A DNA stretch of 63,693 nucleotides, counting the filler, from Octopus bimaculoides (lineage: Eukaryota), in NCBI RefSeq assembly GCF_001194135.2. It is 7 parts of 6 records of this genome, joined end to end, with 100 filler letters (N's around TTAATTAATTAA, not from the genome) between each part and the next. Parts side by side here need not be neighbours in the genome. Positions count along the whole stretch, not along the records: positions 1 to 22,519 come from NC_068988.1; positions 22,620 to 26,489 come from NW_026376563.1; 5 more parts are not named here. One strand, 5' to 3'. A program made the position numbers and the translations under genes. A model generated the notes under the pieces. The model was given only the letters and a program-made list of their open reading frames with translations, was not told the origin of the DNA and made no database searches. How positions within the stretch are numbered: the first letter of the stretch is position 1; each line of letters begins with the position of its first letter. Below, in pieces: positions 12,159 through 26,311 of the stretch.

Positions 12159-12372
12159 AATAACAACAACAACAACAACAATAATGATGATAATAAAGGT
12201 TTCACTTTTTGGTACAAGGCTAGTAATTTCGAGGGAAGGAGTAGATTGATTACATCAACCCCAGTGTTCAACTGGTATTTATTTTATCGACCCCAAAAAG
12301 ATGGAAGGCAAAGTCAACCTCAGTGGTATTTGAACTCAGAACATAAAGACTGACAAAATGCCATCTAAGCAT

Positions 12373-12404
<32 letters not shown>

Positions 12405-12635
12405 CCTGTTTACTATAGGCACAAGGCCTGAAATTTGGGGGCGAGTAGGCTGATCGATTACATCAACCCCCAGAGCTAGGTAAAGTCAACCTTGGCAACA
12501 TTGGAAATCTGAATGTAAAGCTAGAAGAAATGCCATTAAGAATTCTGTCTGGTGTGTTAACAATCCTGATATTGATGATGATTTCTGGCCCATGGAGACA
12601 TGGAAAAGTGGACTTGAAGTGATGGTGATGGTGAT

Positions 12636-12800
12636 AGACATGGCCACTGAATGCAGAGGATGTGCAAAGACTGGACAGAAATGAAACAAGCATATTCTGT
12701 TGGATATGTAGTGCTAGTATGCATGAATGACATGGTACAGACTGAACTGAAGGATAACTGGATATAAGAGAAACCAGCTGCAGTGTACAAGAATGAAAAC
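12636..12800 (+). pseudogene. RTE reverse transcriptase C-terminal relic
   Basis: Translation TWPLNAEDVQRLDRNETSIFCWICSASMHE*HGTD*TEG*LDIRETSCSVQE fits the RTE post-RT motif (TW...EDM.RLERNE..MLRWMC); contains stops. Confidence 0.7.
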
Positions 12801-12852
12801 TGTATCAATACCAACATGTGACAATAGTCATCATCATTACATCATCGTTTAA

Positions 12853-13291
12853 CCCTTTAGCATTTAAACTGGCCATATCTGACCAAAATAATCTACTTAT
12901 TTTATGATCAAAGTGGCCAGCTCTGGCTTCTTACACTTACCCAGCTATAATACTCTAAAAATAACAATCACAGAGGAATGGCAGAAATAGCCTGAAATGA
13001 GGACTGGTCTACTGGTCCTGTTGCTAGGAGATGGTAGGGGTTTTTGCTCCCCTACTCGCAATTTTATTGGATGCAGCTGTGCATCATTAACCAGCTAGAG
13101 GAGATGTCCTCTTGGGGTTAAAAAATCGCAGTAGAGTCCGCTCAAACAGACAGCCATGTTAAAGTGGCTACGAATATTACTTGTTAATCACATCACTGAA
13201 ATCTCAAAACTACAAGGTAAGGCATGACTAATTCAAATCAATGTGAATAAATAAACATTATATTCAACAGAGAAATCTGAATGTTAAAGGG
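12853..13291. mobile_element. piggyBac-type MITE (TTAA TSD) carrying a ~205-bp insertion
   Basis: ttaa|ccctttagcatt ... aatgttaaaggg|ttaa; inserted into the TTAA of an RTE tail; internal insert 12973-13177 flanked by a repeated aatcac. Confidence 0.8.
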
Positions 13292-13694
13292 TTAATGTCT
13301 GTTTTTCCATGCTGGCATCAGTTGGACGGTTCAACAGGAACTGGCAAGTCAGAAGACTGACACCAAACTCTGCTGTCTGCTTTGACATGGTTTCTAGAGC
13401 TGGATGCCCTTAAACAGTGCACAGGTTGCTTTTTATGTGGCACCAGCACTACTGAGGTTGCCAAGTAACTCACAAGACAAGACACCTCAACTAGGATTGG
13501 GGAGTGGTATTGAGGGAAGTAATGAGGTGTTAAACTATGATAGAGGGACAGGAAAAGGTAGTAGGGAAGAAACATGATTACTCCAGTTTGAAAAGAAAGA
13601 GGACAGTGATGAAAATGTGTCCGGTCGTATCTTCAAATAACAGGAAGAGCTAGGTAAAGAATTACCAGATCAAAGTGTCAAAGTGAAAGGAAAC

Positions 13695-13830
13695 TAGAAG
13701 AGGAAGACCAAAGAAAACATGGACAGATGTGACGAAAGGAAAAGACAAAGGAATGTAGCAGATGGCAAGACATTGTGTTAAAAAAGACCCATCCAATCCA
13801 CACAAGCATGAAAAACTAAATATAAAAATT
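13695..13830 (+). pseudogene. RTE ORF extreme C-terminus relic
   Basis: agaggaagaccaaagaaaacatggacagatgtg = RGRPKKTWTDV, the RTE terminal motif. Confidence 0.55.
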
Positions 13831-14182
13831 ACGAGGATGAAGGCTCAATAGGAAAGGCTCAATAGGAAAGGCCCAATTGGCAATGGTAAAACTTCAAACT
13901 TGAAATGCAGAGGGATGTAACTAAATACTACAAGGTATCATTATTTTGCATTAACCAGCCGTTTTACCAATTCTGGCATTCACCAGTTTCTCATGAAACA
14001 AAGACAATGGCAAAAATGTGTGTATAACTACAACAGTATAACGTTGGAAAATATAGGTCAAATTTCAAACCTTCAGAGATTATTAAATGTTAAAACTGCT
14101 CTGTTTCAATATCGTGTTGATAGTAGCCAAGGTCATATGCATGACATATTTCTTCATACTAAAACAATACACTATTAAATAG

Positions 14183-14219
<37 letters not shown>

Positions 14220-14403
14220 GAGAGAGAGAAAGAGAGAGAGAGACAGAGGGTGAGGGAGATGAATGATATGGTTAGGTATCAAATTTAACTTACTAACTTC
14301 CCATAACAAGTAAAATAGTTTGTGCTAAGTTCAAGAAAACTTTTAGATTGAAATAACTTCAATTCTTGAATTAAAAAAAGAAACATCACATCTCCAAGCA
14401 AGT

Positions 14404-14511
<108 letters not shown>

Positions 14512-15288
14512 TATAAGACAGACAGACAGACAGAAAGAGGTATAAGCATGGCTGTGTACTAAAAAGTTTGCCTCTACTCAGTTTTTGATTCAGTCCCACT
14601 ATGTGGCACCTTTTGGAAATGTCTTCTGCTATAGCCCGACTGACTAAAAACCTTGTGAGAAGCTTGTTACGAGTTATGGGTACAATCCACCCAACAAGCT
14701 TCCATACAGTTTCCACCTACCCAATTCCACTCGCAAAGTATGCATCAATCCAAGGCTATAGAAGATGGGATTCATTTAGAATATTACACGGTAGGATTGA
14801 ACACAGGACCGCATGATAACAAAGTGAACTCATTCAGCTATGCAGAACCTACTCCAGTTGATTATATTCTATACACAGAAACCATTGAATACAATCTCAT
14901 AGATGAGGATGTGTGGTTCAGAGGTCAGTTTTGCAACCACAGAGTTTCAGATTCAGGTGTGAGATATTTTGGGCAACCGTTTACCTGTAATCCTGAGAGT
15001 TGACCAAAACCTTGTGGTGAGATTTGGGAGAAGCACAGTGTACAAAGCTTCATCCTCATTTTTTTTTTTTTCTAGCTCTGTCTTGCAAATTACTTGGTAC
15101 CTTCACTAGTGCCAATGCCATGAAAATAATCCACCGAATACCAACAATAAAGTGGTTGGTATTAGCAAGGGCATCCAGCCATAGAAGAAACCAGGCCAAA
15201 ACTGTCATAGAGGCCTGATGCAGCTCTGTGGCTCAATGCATCCTCTAAAACTATCTGATCCATGCCAGTTTGGAAAATGGATGTTAAA

Positions 15289-15343
<55 letters not shown>

Positions 15344-15916
15344 NNNNNNNNNNNNNNNNNNNNNNNNNNNNNNNNNNNNNNNNNNNNNNNNNNNNNNNNN
15401 NNNNNNNNNNNNNNNNNNNNNNNNNNNNNNNNNNNNNNNNNNNNNNNNNNNNNNNNNNNNNNNNNNNNNNNNNNNNNNNNNNNNNNNNNNNNNNNNNNNN
15501 NNNNNNNNNNNNNNNNNNNNNNNNNNNNNNNNNNNNNNNNNNNNNNNNNNNNNNNNNNNNNNNNNNNNNNNNNNNNNNNNNNNNNNNNNNNNNNNNNNNN
15601 NNNNNNNNNNNNNNNNNNNNNNNNNNNNNNNNNNNNNNNNNNNNNNNNNNNNNNNNNNNNNNNNNNNNNNNNNNNNNNNNNNNNNNNNNNNNNNNNNNNN
15701 NNNNNNNNNNNNNNNNNNNNNNNNNNNNNNNNNNNNNNNNNNNNNNNNNNNNNNNNNNNNNNNNNNNNNNNNNNNNNNNNNNNNNNNNNNNNNNNNNNNN
15801 NNNNNNNNNNNNNNNNNNNNNNNNNNNNNNNNNNNNNNNNNNNNNNNNNNNNNNNNNNNNNNNNNNNNNNNNTCTCTCTCTGTCTCTCTCTGTCTCTCTC
15901 TGTCTCTGTGTGTGTG

Positions 15917-15985
<69 letters not shown>

Positions 15986-15986
15986 A

Positions 15987-16019
<33 letters not shown>

Positions 16020-16444
16020 ATGTGTGAACACATACACATGCACACAAACACACATCGATATAATTTTGTAATAATATTGATTCTCAGTATTACTAGTTAT
16101 GTTGGTGTAATTATAAAACAAAATAGATGTTTATTGCAAAATTAAGATTATTCAATTAATAGTGCCGCTGTTATGATGGCTTCAGAACACTGTGTCAGTT
16201 GGGAAATAAATATGTTATAAATGAAAGCAAGAGTGAAAGAAAATAGAGGAAAAGTTGATAACAGAAGAAATATCAGGTGAGAGACAAAGAGAGAAAGAAC
16301 TATCCACTCAAAACTCAAAATCAGTTGTTGTTTATGAACAGACTATAAAATCATCAATAGTGGAGAACACTCCCTTCAATGGGCACTATATGCTGGTGGT
16401 GGCGGTGGCACTGTTGTTGTTGTTGGTGGTGGTGNNNNNNNNNN

Positions 16445-16750
16445 TATCGGTCTCTTTTGCCGAACCGCTAAGTTACGGGGACATAAAGACACCACCATCG
16501 GTTGTTGTCAAGTGATGTTGGGGGGACAAACACAGATACACAAATACACACATACACACACACACATATATATATATATATACATATATACAACAGGCTT
16601 CTTTCAGCTTCCGTCTACCAAATCTACTCACAAGGCTTTGGTCGGCCCAAGGCTATAGTAGAAGACACTTGCCCAAAATGCCACTCAGTGGGAATGAACC
16701 CGGAACCATGTGGTTGGTAAGTAAGCTACTTACCACACAGCTACTCCTTT
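16445..16750 (-). mobile_element. SINE family A
   Basis: Near-complete reverse copy, cut by a gap at the tail. Confidence 0.85.
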
Positions 16751-17805
16751 CTGTAGATGAGAGGAATAAAAGAACCCTTATTTTGCAGGCAAGGGTTAAC
16801 AACAGGAAGAGCAATTGGCTGTTAAACACTATAGTTCAATAATATGTTTATCTAACATATGCTAGCATGTAAAAAGAAAAATGACCAAAAACTGGGACAA
16901 AAGTAAACGAACAAATGAATTCCAGTTAATTATATTCTATGCACAAGAAACCCATCATATACAATCTCATAGAAGAGCAATATTATGACAACAATTAAGA
17001 TTATTCAATTAATAGTGCCGCTGTTATGATGGCTTCAGAACACTGTGTCAGTTGGGAAACAAATATGTTATAAATGAAAGCAAGAGTGAAAGAAAATAGA
17101 GGAAAAGTTGATAACAGAAGAATTATGAGGTGAGAGACAAAGAGAGAAAGAACTATCCACTCAAAACTCAAAATNNNNNNNNNNNNNNNNNNNNNNNNNN
17201 NNNNNNNNNNNNNNNNNNNNNNNNNNNNNNNNNNNNNNNNNNNNNNNNNNNNNNNNNNNNNNNNNNNNNNNNNNNNNNNNNNNNNNNNNNNNNNNNNNNN
17301 NNNNNNNNNNNNNNNNNNNNNNNNNNNNNNNNNNNNNNNNNNNNNNNNNNNNNNNNNNNNNNNNNNNNNNNNNNNNNNNNNNNNNNNNNNNNNNNNNNNN
17401 NNNNNNNNNNNNNNNNNNNNNNNNNNNNNNNNNNNNNNNNNNNNNNNNNNNNNNNNNNNNNNNNNNNNNNNNNNNNNNNNNNNNNNNNNNNNNNNNNNNN
17501 NNNNNNNNNNNNNNNNNNNNNNNNNNNNNNNNNNNNNNNNNNNNNNNNNNNNNNNNNNNNNNNNNNNNNNNNNNNNNNNNNNNNNNNNNNNNNNNNNNNN
17601 NNNNNNNNNNNNNNNNNNNNNNNNNNNNNNNNNNNTGTTGTTGTTGTTGGTGGTGGTGGAGGTGGTGGTGATGGAAGCGATGGTGATGGTGTCACATCGT
17701 TGGGTGTGGATAATACATCACGAAGTAAGATAAACAAAAAGCACATTGATTTTATTATAAAGATATCACTGAAGGTATAAAATGATGGAAAATTGATATA
17801 TATAT

Positions 17806-17843
<38 letters not shown>

Positions 17844-18577
17844 TGTTATATTTACAGAAGAAAGTGGTGGTAATGGTGGTGGTGATGGTGAGAAAATCTA
17901 TTATTATATTTAATTTCACCAGGATCGATAGAACGGGACTTAAGTAAAGAGAATGATGTATGTAACCCTCACTTCACAAAACCTAAATGCTTTTAAAATT
18001 ATTAAAAAAAACAAAAAACCAAACAACTAGAGTCCAAGGAAACAAAATAGTCATCATCATCATCATCACCATCATCATCAACAACAGTTGATATAATTTT
18101 ATGTGCCATCTGGATGGAAGGTAAGTTCTGATATTCGTAGTTGGGTCCTCCTTTAAAGAAATAAGAAGTGCAACAAGATACATCACCATCATCATCATTT
18201 AACACCCACTTTTCCATTCTTGCAAGGGCCACTGGAATTTGTTGAGGCAAGATTTTCTATGGTAAGATGCCCTTCCTTTCAGCAATGCTCACTTGTTTCC
18301 AAGCAAGGTAAATTTTCCCAAAGCTCCGCAAATTTTATCATGGAAAACCGGGAACAACCTTGCAGGCACAACAAAAAAGCTCATTTATAACCATCTTGAG
18401 GGGCCTACACAAGGGTACATACACATACACACACATATATAAAATTATAGATTGAATGATAGTGTTCATACAGAGAAACTTAAAGCACTGAATGTAAGTC
18501 TCCATACCTGTACCATTTAATAAATATAGCTTTCCATTCCCAACAATACTGAGGTCTAACTCTATCATCACACACTG

Positions 18578-18641
<64 letters not shown>

Positions 18642-18645
<4 letters not shown>

Positions 18646-18945
18646 CACCATCCGAACATGGCCAATGCCAGTGTCCCTTGACTGGCTCCCATGCCAGTGG
18701 CACGTAAAAAGCACCATCCGAACGTAGTGGATACCAGGCCTTCCTGATTAGCTCCTGTGCCGGTGGCACATACAAAGAACCCACTATACTCTTGGAGTGG
18801 TTGGCGTTAGGAAGGGCATCCAGCTGAAGAAACATTGCCAGATCAGATTGGAGCCTGATGCAGCCACTGACTTTCCAGACCTCAGACAAATGGTCCAACC
18901 CATGCCAGCATGGAAAACGGACACTAAATGATGATGATGATGAAA
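18642..18945 (+). mobile_element. RTE LINE 3' end with 66-bp internal repeat
   Basis: aaagcaccatccgaac recurs at 18642 and 18708 (partial at 18774), then ggagtggttggcgttaggaagggcatccagc...gatgatgatgatga. Confidence 0.85.
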
Positions 18946-19810
18946 GTGAGTTTGCAGGGATATATTATCCAGGTGGATACCATGTTTGCTCTCAGTTTGG
19001 TTCCAGATGCTGGCTTACACAACGGTCTGTATTCAATGCTTGTGCCTACAATAAGTTGTTAGACGTTAGTAAATTTTCTAGTTGGATAATTCCATGTGTC
19101 CTACTCAGGACTGCAAAGGTTCTGTTGAATGTAAAATAAACATTAACAGTAAGGAAAATGGAGATTTGCACATCGATAATTTATTTTACAGTTATATATA
19201 GCATATTACATTGATCAATATGCTGTGTATAACTGTAAAATCAATGCACAAATCTTCATTCTCCTTATTATTAATGTGTATACACACACACATGACAATA
19301 GGCTTCTTTCAGTTTGTCTACCAAATCCACTCACAAGGCTTTGGTTGACTGGGAATTACAGTAGAAGACACTAGCTGAAGGTACTGCATAGTGGGACTGA
19401 ACCCAAGGCCAGATAGTTGGGAAGAAAGCTTCTTAACCACACAGCCATGCCTGCAACTACAGTGCTAATAAAATTAATAAATAAGATTGTGTGTCATAAG
19501 GGGAGTGAGAGAGAGAGAAAGAGATATGTTCAAATATTTCTGGCTAGGGTCTTATCCTTTGCAACAAGTGTGGCAAAGGAAACAGTCAATAATATTCACA
19601 AATAAAGTTTTAGGTTTATGAACCAGGAGTGGCTCAATATTTCAAGCAGAGTTTTTATAATCCATAAACTGTCCATAAAATCCATAAATAAAGTTGTCTC
19701 TCACAAGGACAGAAGTCATGTCTAATATTTCAGACAGGGATATATTTTATCTGCACACTACTACTTTCATTCAAAAATGCTTTTACTGCCCTGTATCTTT
19801 ATATTTTAGT

Positions 19811-20065
19811 GGAGGCGCGTGGCTTAGTGGTTAGGGTGTTAGCATCATGATCATAAGATTGTGGTTTCAATTCCTGGTCCGGGCAACGTGTTGTGTTCTT
19901 GAGCAAAACACTTCATTTCACGTTGCTCCAGTCCACTCAGCTGGCAAAAATGAGTAACGCTGCAATGGACTGGCGTCCAGTCCAGCTGGGGAACACATAC
20001 GTCAGTGAAACCGGGTAACCGGGCCCATGAGCTTGGCTAGGCTTTAAAAGGGCGCATTTATTATT
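19811..20065 (+). mobile_element. tRNA-derived SINE, family C; related reverse copy at 20120-20385
   Basis: Head ggcgcgtggcttagtggttaggg...ggtttcaattcc, CORE-like gtgttcttgagcaaaacacttcatttcacgttgctccag, tail ttattatt. Confidence 0.8.
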
Positions 20066-21019
20066 ATCTTTATATTTACCAAATACATACATTGTGTGAA
20101 GCTCGTTTCGGAATATAGCTTCGTCACTGTATAGGCCAGATTATCTGATGTCAGACACTGCTGAGCACAATGCGCTTGTTTGCATTGTTACAGCTTTTGA
20201 CTAATGCCACCCCACTGGCTAGGAAGGCAAGCAGGCAGGTCAACATTCCGCTTCAGGATTACCCATTTACAACTGGAGCAATGTGAAATGAAGTGCTTTA
20301 CTCAAGAACACAATGCACTACCAGTCTAGGAATTGAAACTGCAATCTTGCAATCGTTAGTGCAATGCTCTAACCACTAGGCCATGGAATATAACCACCTA
20401 ATAACCTTTTACCCTTTCAAATCAAAATTCCATTCAAACACACAAGAGTATAAAAGACATATGACCTGAAAGACCTCAACCATTCCAGTGGGATATACAG
20501 CATATGAGGCATTCATTCCACCCCACCCCACCTCTACCTTCCCCTCCCAATAGTGAGAGCTTTTTCTTTTTCCTTTTTTTCTCTGTTCTTTTCTGTCTTG
20601 CAGGTTTCATGGCAAACTCACAAGTGCTGGTGGCATGAAAAAAAGCACTCTGTATACACTTAAGTGGTTGGCAACTAGTAAAAGCATCTAGTCATAGAAA
20701 CCATGCCAAAGATGATACTGGAGCTTCACACAGCCCTTGCAGCTCACTGGTTCCCTGTTACATCGTCTGACCCATGCCAGCATAGAAAGCAGATGTTGAA
20801 TGATAATGATATATATATATATACATATATATATTGGAAGGTTTGGAGGTGATGTACAGGAATTATATTATAGAAAAAAAATTAAGGTACTCAGAAATCT
20901 GGATGGTTGTACATTTACAGATTTTTATTAATATGTCACATGCTTTATAAATCATATAAAGCGTCTTTCACCTAGTCTTGTAGGATTTTCAAATATATAT
21001 ATATCTATGTATATATATA

Positions 21020-21362
21020 CGGGCCACATGGAGGCATGGGATGGGGTGGTGAAGCACAATCTTCAAATGTTGGGCCTTACGGAAACAATGACAAGTGACA
21101 GAGACCTTTGGCGATATGCTGTGCTTGAGAAGACTCATCAAGCCAAGTGAAACCATAGTCGTGGCTGTTGTCGGTGTCATGTAAATGGCACATAAAAAGC
21201 ACGCATTACACTCTTGGGGTGGTTGGTGTTAGGAAGGGCATCCAGCCCTAGAAACCAGGCCAAATCAAGCTGGAATCTGATACAACCCTTTAGCTCACCA
21301 GTTCCAGTCAAATCATTTAACCCATGCCAGCATGGAAAGTGGACGCTAAATTATGGTGACGA

Positions 21363-21365
<3 letters not shown>
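21020..21365 (+). mobile_element. RTE LINE ORF end plus 3' UTR
   Basis: Translation WDGVVKHNLQMLGLTETMTSDRDLWRYAVLEKTHQAK* followed directly by the ggaagggcatccagc...gatga tail, which ties that abundant tail to an RTE. Confidence 0.85.
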
Positions 21366-21400
<35 letters not shown>

Positions 21401-22563
21401 CACACACATTAAATGCTGAGAAAGCAAATGAGGCTATCAAATGAAAGAAACATCTGTGGCGAAACAGTAAATATATATGTGGGGGGTATGAGACAAACTT
21501 AAGGTTGTTATTACATAGAATAAACAAAATGGTAAACGGGAGAATCATTAGAATATAGAGAGCCAGAGGAAATAGTGCAAGACATCTTTTTTCCTTCTGA
21601 CACTTCGAGTTCAAATCCTGCTGAGGTCAACTTTGCCTTTTATCCTTTCAGGGATATTACCTTGATTGGTAAAAACAGGTGAGAGTTGGCATCAGAAGCA
21701 ATATCTGGCTGTAGGAAATCTGATTTAACAAATTCCATCTGACCCATGCAAGCATGGCAGAGAAGACATTAAATTGATGATGATTTATTTATTTTTTTTT
21801 TTACTGATTTCAGTCAGGGGACTGTAACCATTTTGACGTAGCACTACCCTTATTTAGGATACGGTTGACTACACCAACCACACCTTTAGCATTTATTTTA
21901 TTGGTCTCAGAAGAATAAAAATAAAACAAGGAAAGAAAGAGTGCACCCAGGCAGTCCACTATAAACTCAGCACATAAAAACAGAGACAACCAAACACCAA
22001 AAGATAATTTGCCTAATGTTCCACTGATATAACATTCCAAAATCATTTTTTTTTTTGAAAGCAGCAATCCTATATTACTTTGCTTTTACTGTAGGTACTA
22101 TAAATGCGGGCATATTCAAATATGTAATACTTGAATACAACCATGTGTGTGTGTGTGGGTGTATATTTATTTATTTATGTGTTTCAGCACACACATAAAC
22201 ACACACACACACACATCTCACATACACAAAACCACACACACACACATACACATATACACACATGCACACACACCTCTCACATACACAACACTCACTCACT
22301 CACATACATAACACACACGCACACACGAAAACATTCACAATATACACACACACACAAAATATACACACGCGCGCGCACACACACGCACACACACAGAAAC
22401 ACACATACAGACACACATAAACACACACACACCCGTACCTAACACTCACAATCCCACACACACACGCACATCCACACACACACACTTCTCACCAACACTA
22501 CACACTCACACAGACGCGCNNNNNNNNNNNNNNNNNNNNNNNNNNNNNNNNNNNNNNNNNNNN

Positions 22564-22575
22564 TTAATTAATTAA
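22564..22575. other. Artificial contig-joining pad N44-TTAATTAATTAA-N44 (also 26534, 29308, 53156, 58116, 61657)
   Basis: Identical self-complementary 12-mer with stops in all six frames, centred in 100-bp pads, six times. Confidence 0.95.
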
Positions 22576-23279
22576 NNNNNNNNNNNNNNNNNNNNNNNNN
22601 NNNNNNNNNNNNNNNNNNNTAATATAATTCTGTCAATCGCTTTTGAAATGTGAGTAAAGTTTTACATCTTATTGCACAAAAATGACAATAGAATTACGAC
22701 GACGAAAAAAAAAAGAAAACAAAACAACGAACGAATTTATCTGACAACCCAATATTAGTGAGTTGGCGTCCTCCAAACTTCCGACAATTGATAATCAATC
22801 GCAAGACAGATTTTATGAAGCTCTGAATAATCCAATAGATTTACATTTTTTTCTGAATACACACACACGCACGCACACACACACATGTATACAAAAACAC
22901 AAACACACCGACACATAAACACACAAAACACACATACGCACAGATATGTATACGCACAAAAATGACAATTTGTTAGAAAAATATTACAATTTTTCCGTGA
23001 ATTTAAGTTAAAATGATGAGATTTGAAATGGATGTGATCAGACAATGATGCTATCGATCTGACAATGAATCTGTTTACCGTCAGATTTAAAATCCTGAAA
23101 TTGGTTTAATAAGTGTTACTCTTTCTCTCTCTCCCTACACGCGCTCTCTCTTTCTCACTTTTACTTTCTCTCTCTCTCTTTTTCTCTCCGTAGTTACTGT
23201 CACACAAGCACACTACCACACATACATGCTATCACACACACATACACATACTAACTATTTTCACACTCTCCTGTCTTAG

Positions 23280-23499
23280 AAAGCACTTTCTCTTCACTCC
23301 TTCTACTTCCAGTTACTTCAGGAATGCAACCGCACGTGATTATTGGCGACTTACCTTCCTCCTTCGTCTTGGAGTTTCCGCTTTTTCCGGTTTCCGAAGA
23401 AGAGCTATGCTCGAAACATCAAGCTACTACTCTTTTCTTTCTCTGAGCCTCTTATTAATACATTGCTCGTGCTACGACCACATGTTTGCTTGTTTTCTT

Positions 23500-23500
<1 letters not shown>
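23280..23500 (+). mobile_element. Penelope-like element 3' terminus with hammerhead-like motif
   Basis: ggtttccgaagaagagctatgctcgaaacatcaagc followed by a T-rich tail, a typical PLE end. Confidence 0.55.
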
Positions 23501-23536
<36 letters not shown>

Positions 23537-23965
23537 NNNNNNNNNNNNNNNNNNNNNNNNNNNNNNNNNNNNNNNNNNNNNNNNNNNNNNNNNNNNNNNN
23601 NNNNNNNNNNNNNNNNNNNNNNNNNNNNNNNNNNNNNNNNNNNNNNNNNNNNNNNNNNNNNNNNNNNNNNNNNNNNNNNNNNNNNNNNNNNNNNNNNNNN
23701 NNNNNNNNNNNNNNNNNNNNNNNNNNNNNNNNNNNNNNNNNNNNNNNNNNNNNNNNNNNNNNNNNNNNNNNNNNNNNNNNNNNNNNNNNNNNNNNNNNNN
23801 NNNNNNNNNNNNNNNNNNNNNNNNNNNNNNNNNNNNNNNNNNNNNNNNNNNNNNNNNNNNNNNNNNNNNNNNNNNNNNNNNNNNNNNNNNNNNNNNNNNN
23901 NNNNNNNNNNNNNNNNNNNNNNNNNNNNNNNNNNNNNNNNNNNNNNNNNNNNNNNNNNNNNNNNN

Positions 23966-24010
<45 letters not shown>

Positions 24011-24160
24011 GTAGGTATACATAAATATATGTGTATACATATGAAATGTATCTTTATGTATGCTCACATACGCAGATTCGCACACAAACACACACATATA
24101 ATATGTTTAACGTATAGACATGCCCAAATGTAGATATACATATGTATATTTAATAAATAG

Positions 24161-24202
<42 letters not shown>

Positions 24203-24291
24203 TAGGTAGGTAGATAGGTAGATAGATAGGAGGGTAGATATAGATATATATATTTAGATAGACAGACAGACAGGCAGATAGACAGACAGAC

Positions 24292-24343
<52 letters not shown>

Positions 24344-25491
24344 TGATTGTGAATGATTGATTGATAGATAGACAGACAGACAGAGAGACAGACGGGCAGA
24401 TATCCATGTATACATGGATACCAACAATTAAAAGCTTTAAGAATTTTATAGTATGCAGAAGACAAAAAGAAATATAACTGGTCACTGTTGTAAATTTCTC
24501 AACTTAATTTTTTCTGAATCTAGAAGAGATTGTCTCCCTTGTAATAGTAAATTCAGCAAGACAAACTGCGTGTGTGCGCGCGTATGTATGTCTGTGTATG
24601 TCTATGTATGTGTGTGTTTATGTTCGTGTGTATCTATGTAAGCATACATCTATACACACGACGAGCTCTGGATAGCTTCCGTCCAAATTCACAAACGAAG
24701 CAGTGGCCAGCTCGAGGCTATCATAGAAGACACTTGCCCAAAGTGTCGTACAATCGGATCGAACCAAAAACCATGTGGTTACAAAGTGAGCTTCTTAACC
24801 ACACAGCCATGTCTTCGCCCATGTCCACCTCAGATACTTCACATATAACCACAATTCTCTAATAATATCCTCACAATTCCTCTTAGCTGGCTATTTGTGC
24901 TGCATTGTCCATCTCAGCGCATATTCCTTAAGGCTGGTCGTCTTTCTTCTGCTGTACATTTTGTATTTTCTTGGTTGTCATTTTTTTTTTTAAGTGTTAT
25001 TTTTCCTGCTTTCGTCGACAATATTTCAACTGTCACTATTGCCTCTATTGTTATTTTCACAAGTGTCTGTCTACTTTAAGATTAACAAACTTTTATTTTT
25101 TTTATTGTCCATTATTCAACTTAAGATTTGTTGTCAGAATTATCTGTGTCATTTGGGCAAATGTTCCCAAAATACTTTTGTATTCTTACTGTTCTTTTTT
25201 TTTTCTTTAGCCCTTCTACGAAGTAAAGAATTTGGCTACCATTATTTTGGGAACCATCCTCCCCTTCCAGCACCACCATAATCATTTTGAAAAAGTAATT
25301 ACTGAGATAAAATCCAGGAAGAAAGAATAAATATGAAATATCTTCCCTTAAATATAGAAGAATATGTAACAATGACACTTTTCGTTTCTTCCCAAGCAAG
25401 ATGCTACCAAAATGTAAACGTCATAAATCTGATATATGTTAAATAGGGCGAGTCTTGACAGAATCTGTTTCAAGACACTTCTTGAAATCCA

Positions 25492-25531
<40 letters not shown>

Positions 25532-25594
25532 CAACAACAACAATAATAATTGTTATTATTATTATTATTATTGTTGTTGTTGTTGTCATTATTA

Positions 25595-26100
<506 letters not shown>

Positions 26101-26104
26101 AATT

Positions 26105-26311
26105 TTGCAGGCATTAATTTCATCTCTCCTTACTTATAACTGCATTGTTTATTTTCAGGTAAACTGACATCTGACTGTTCAAAGACGACTTCAACTACCA
26201 ACGAATTCTTTTGAAAATGGACAAAATTTGGCATCGTGAGGATATCAAGTACCTGCAAAAATGGGTTTAGGCCCCAAGGAAATTCCTGCTGATATGGCTG
26301 CTACATTAGGG
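26105..26311 (+). pseudogene. Mariner transposase 5' fragment
   Basis: ATG at 26217; MDKIWHR..IKYLQK.GLGPKEIPADMAATLG with frameshifts resembles the mariner N-terminal HTH. Confidence 0.65.
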
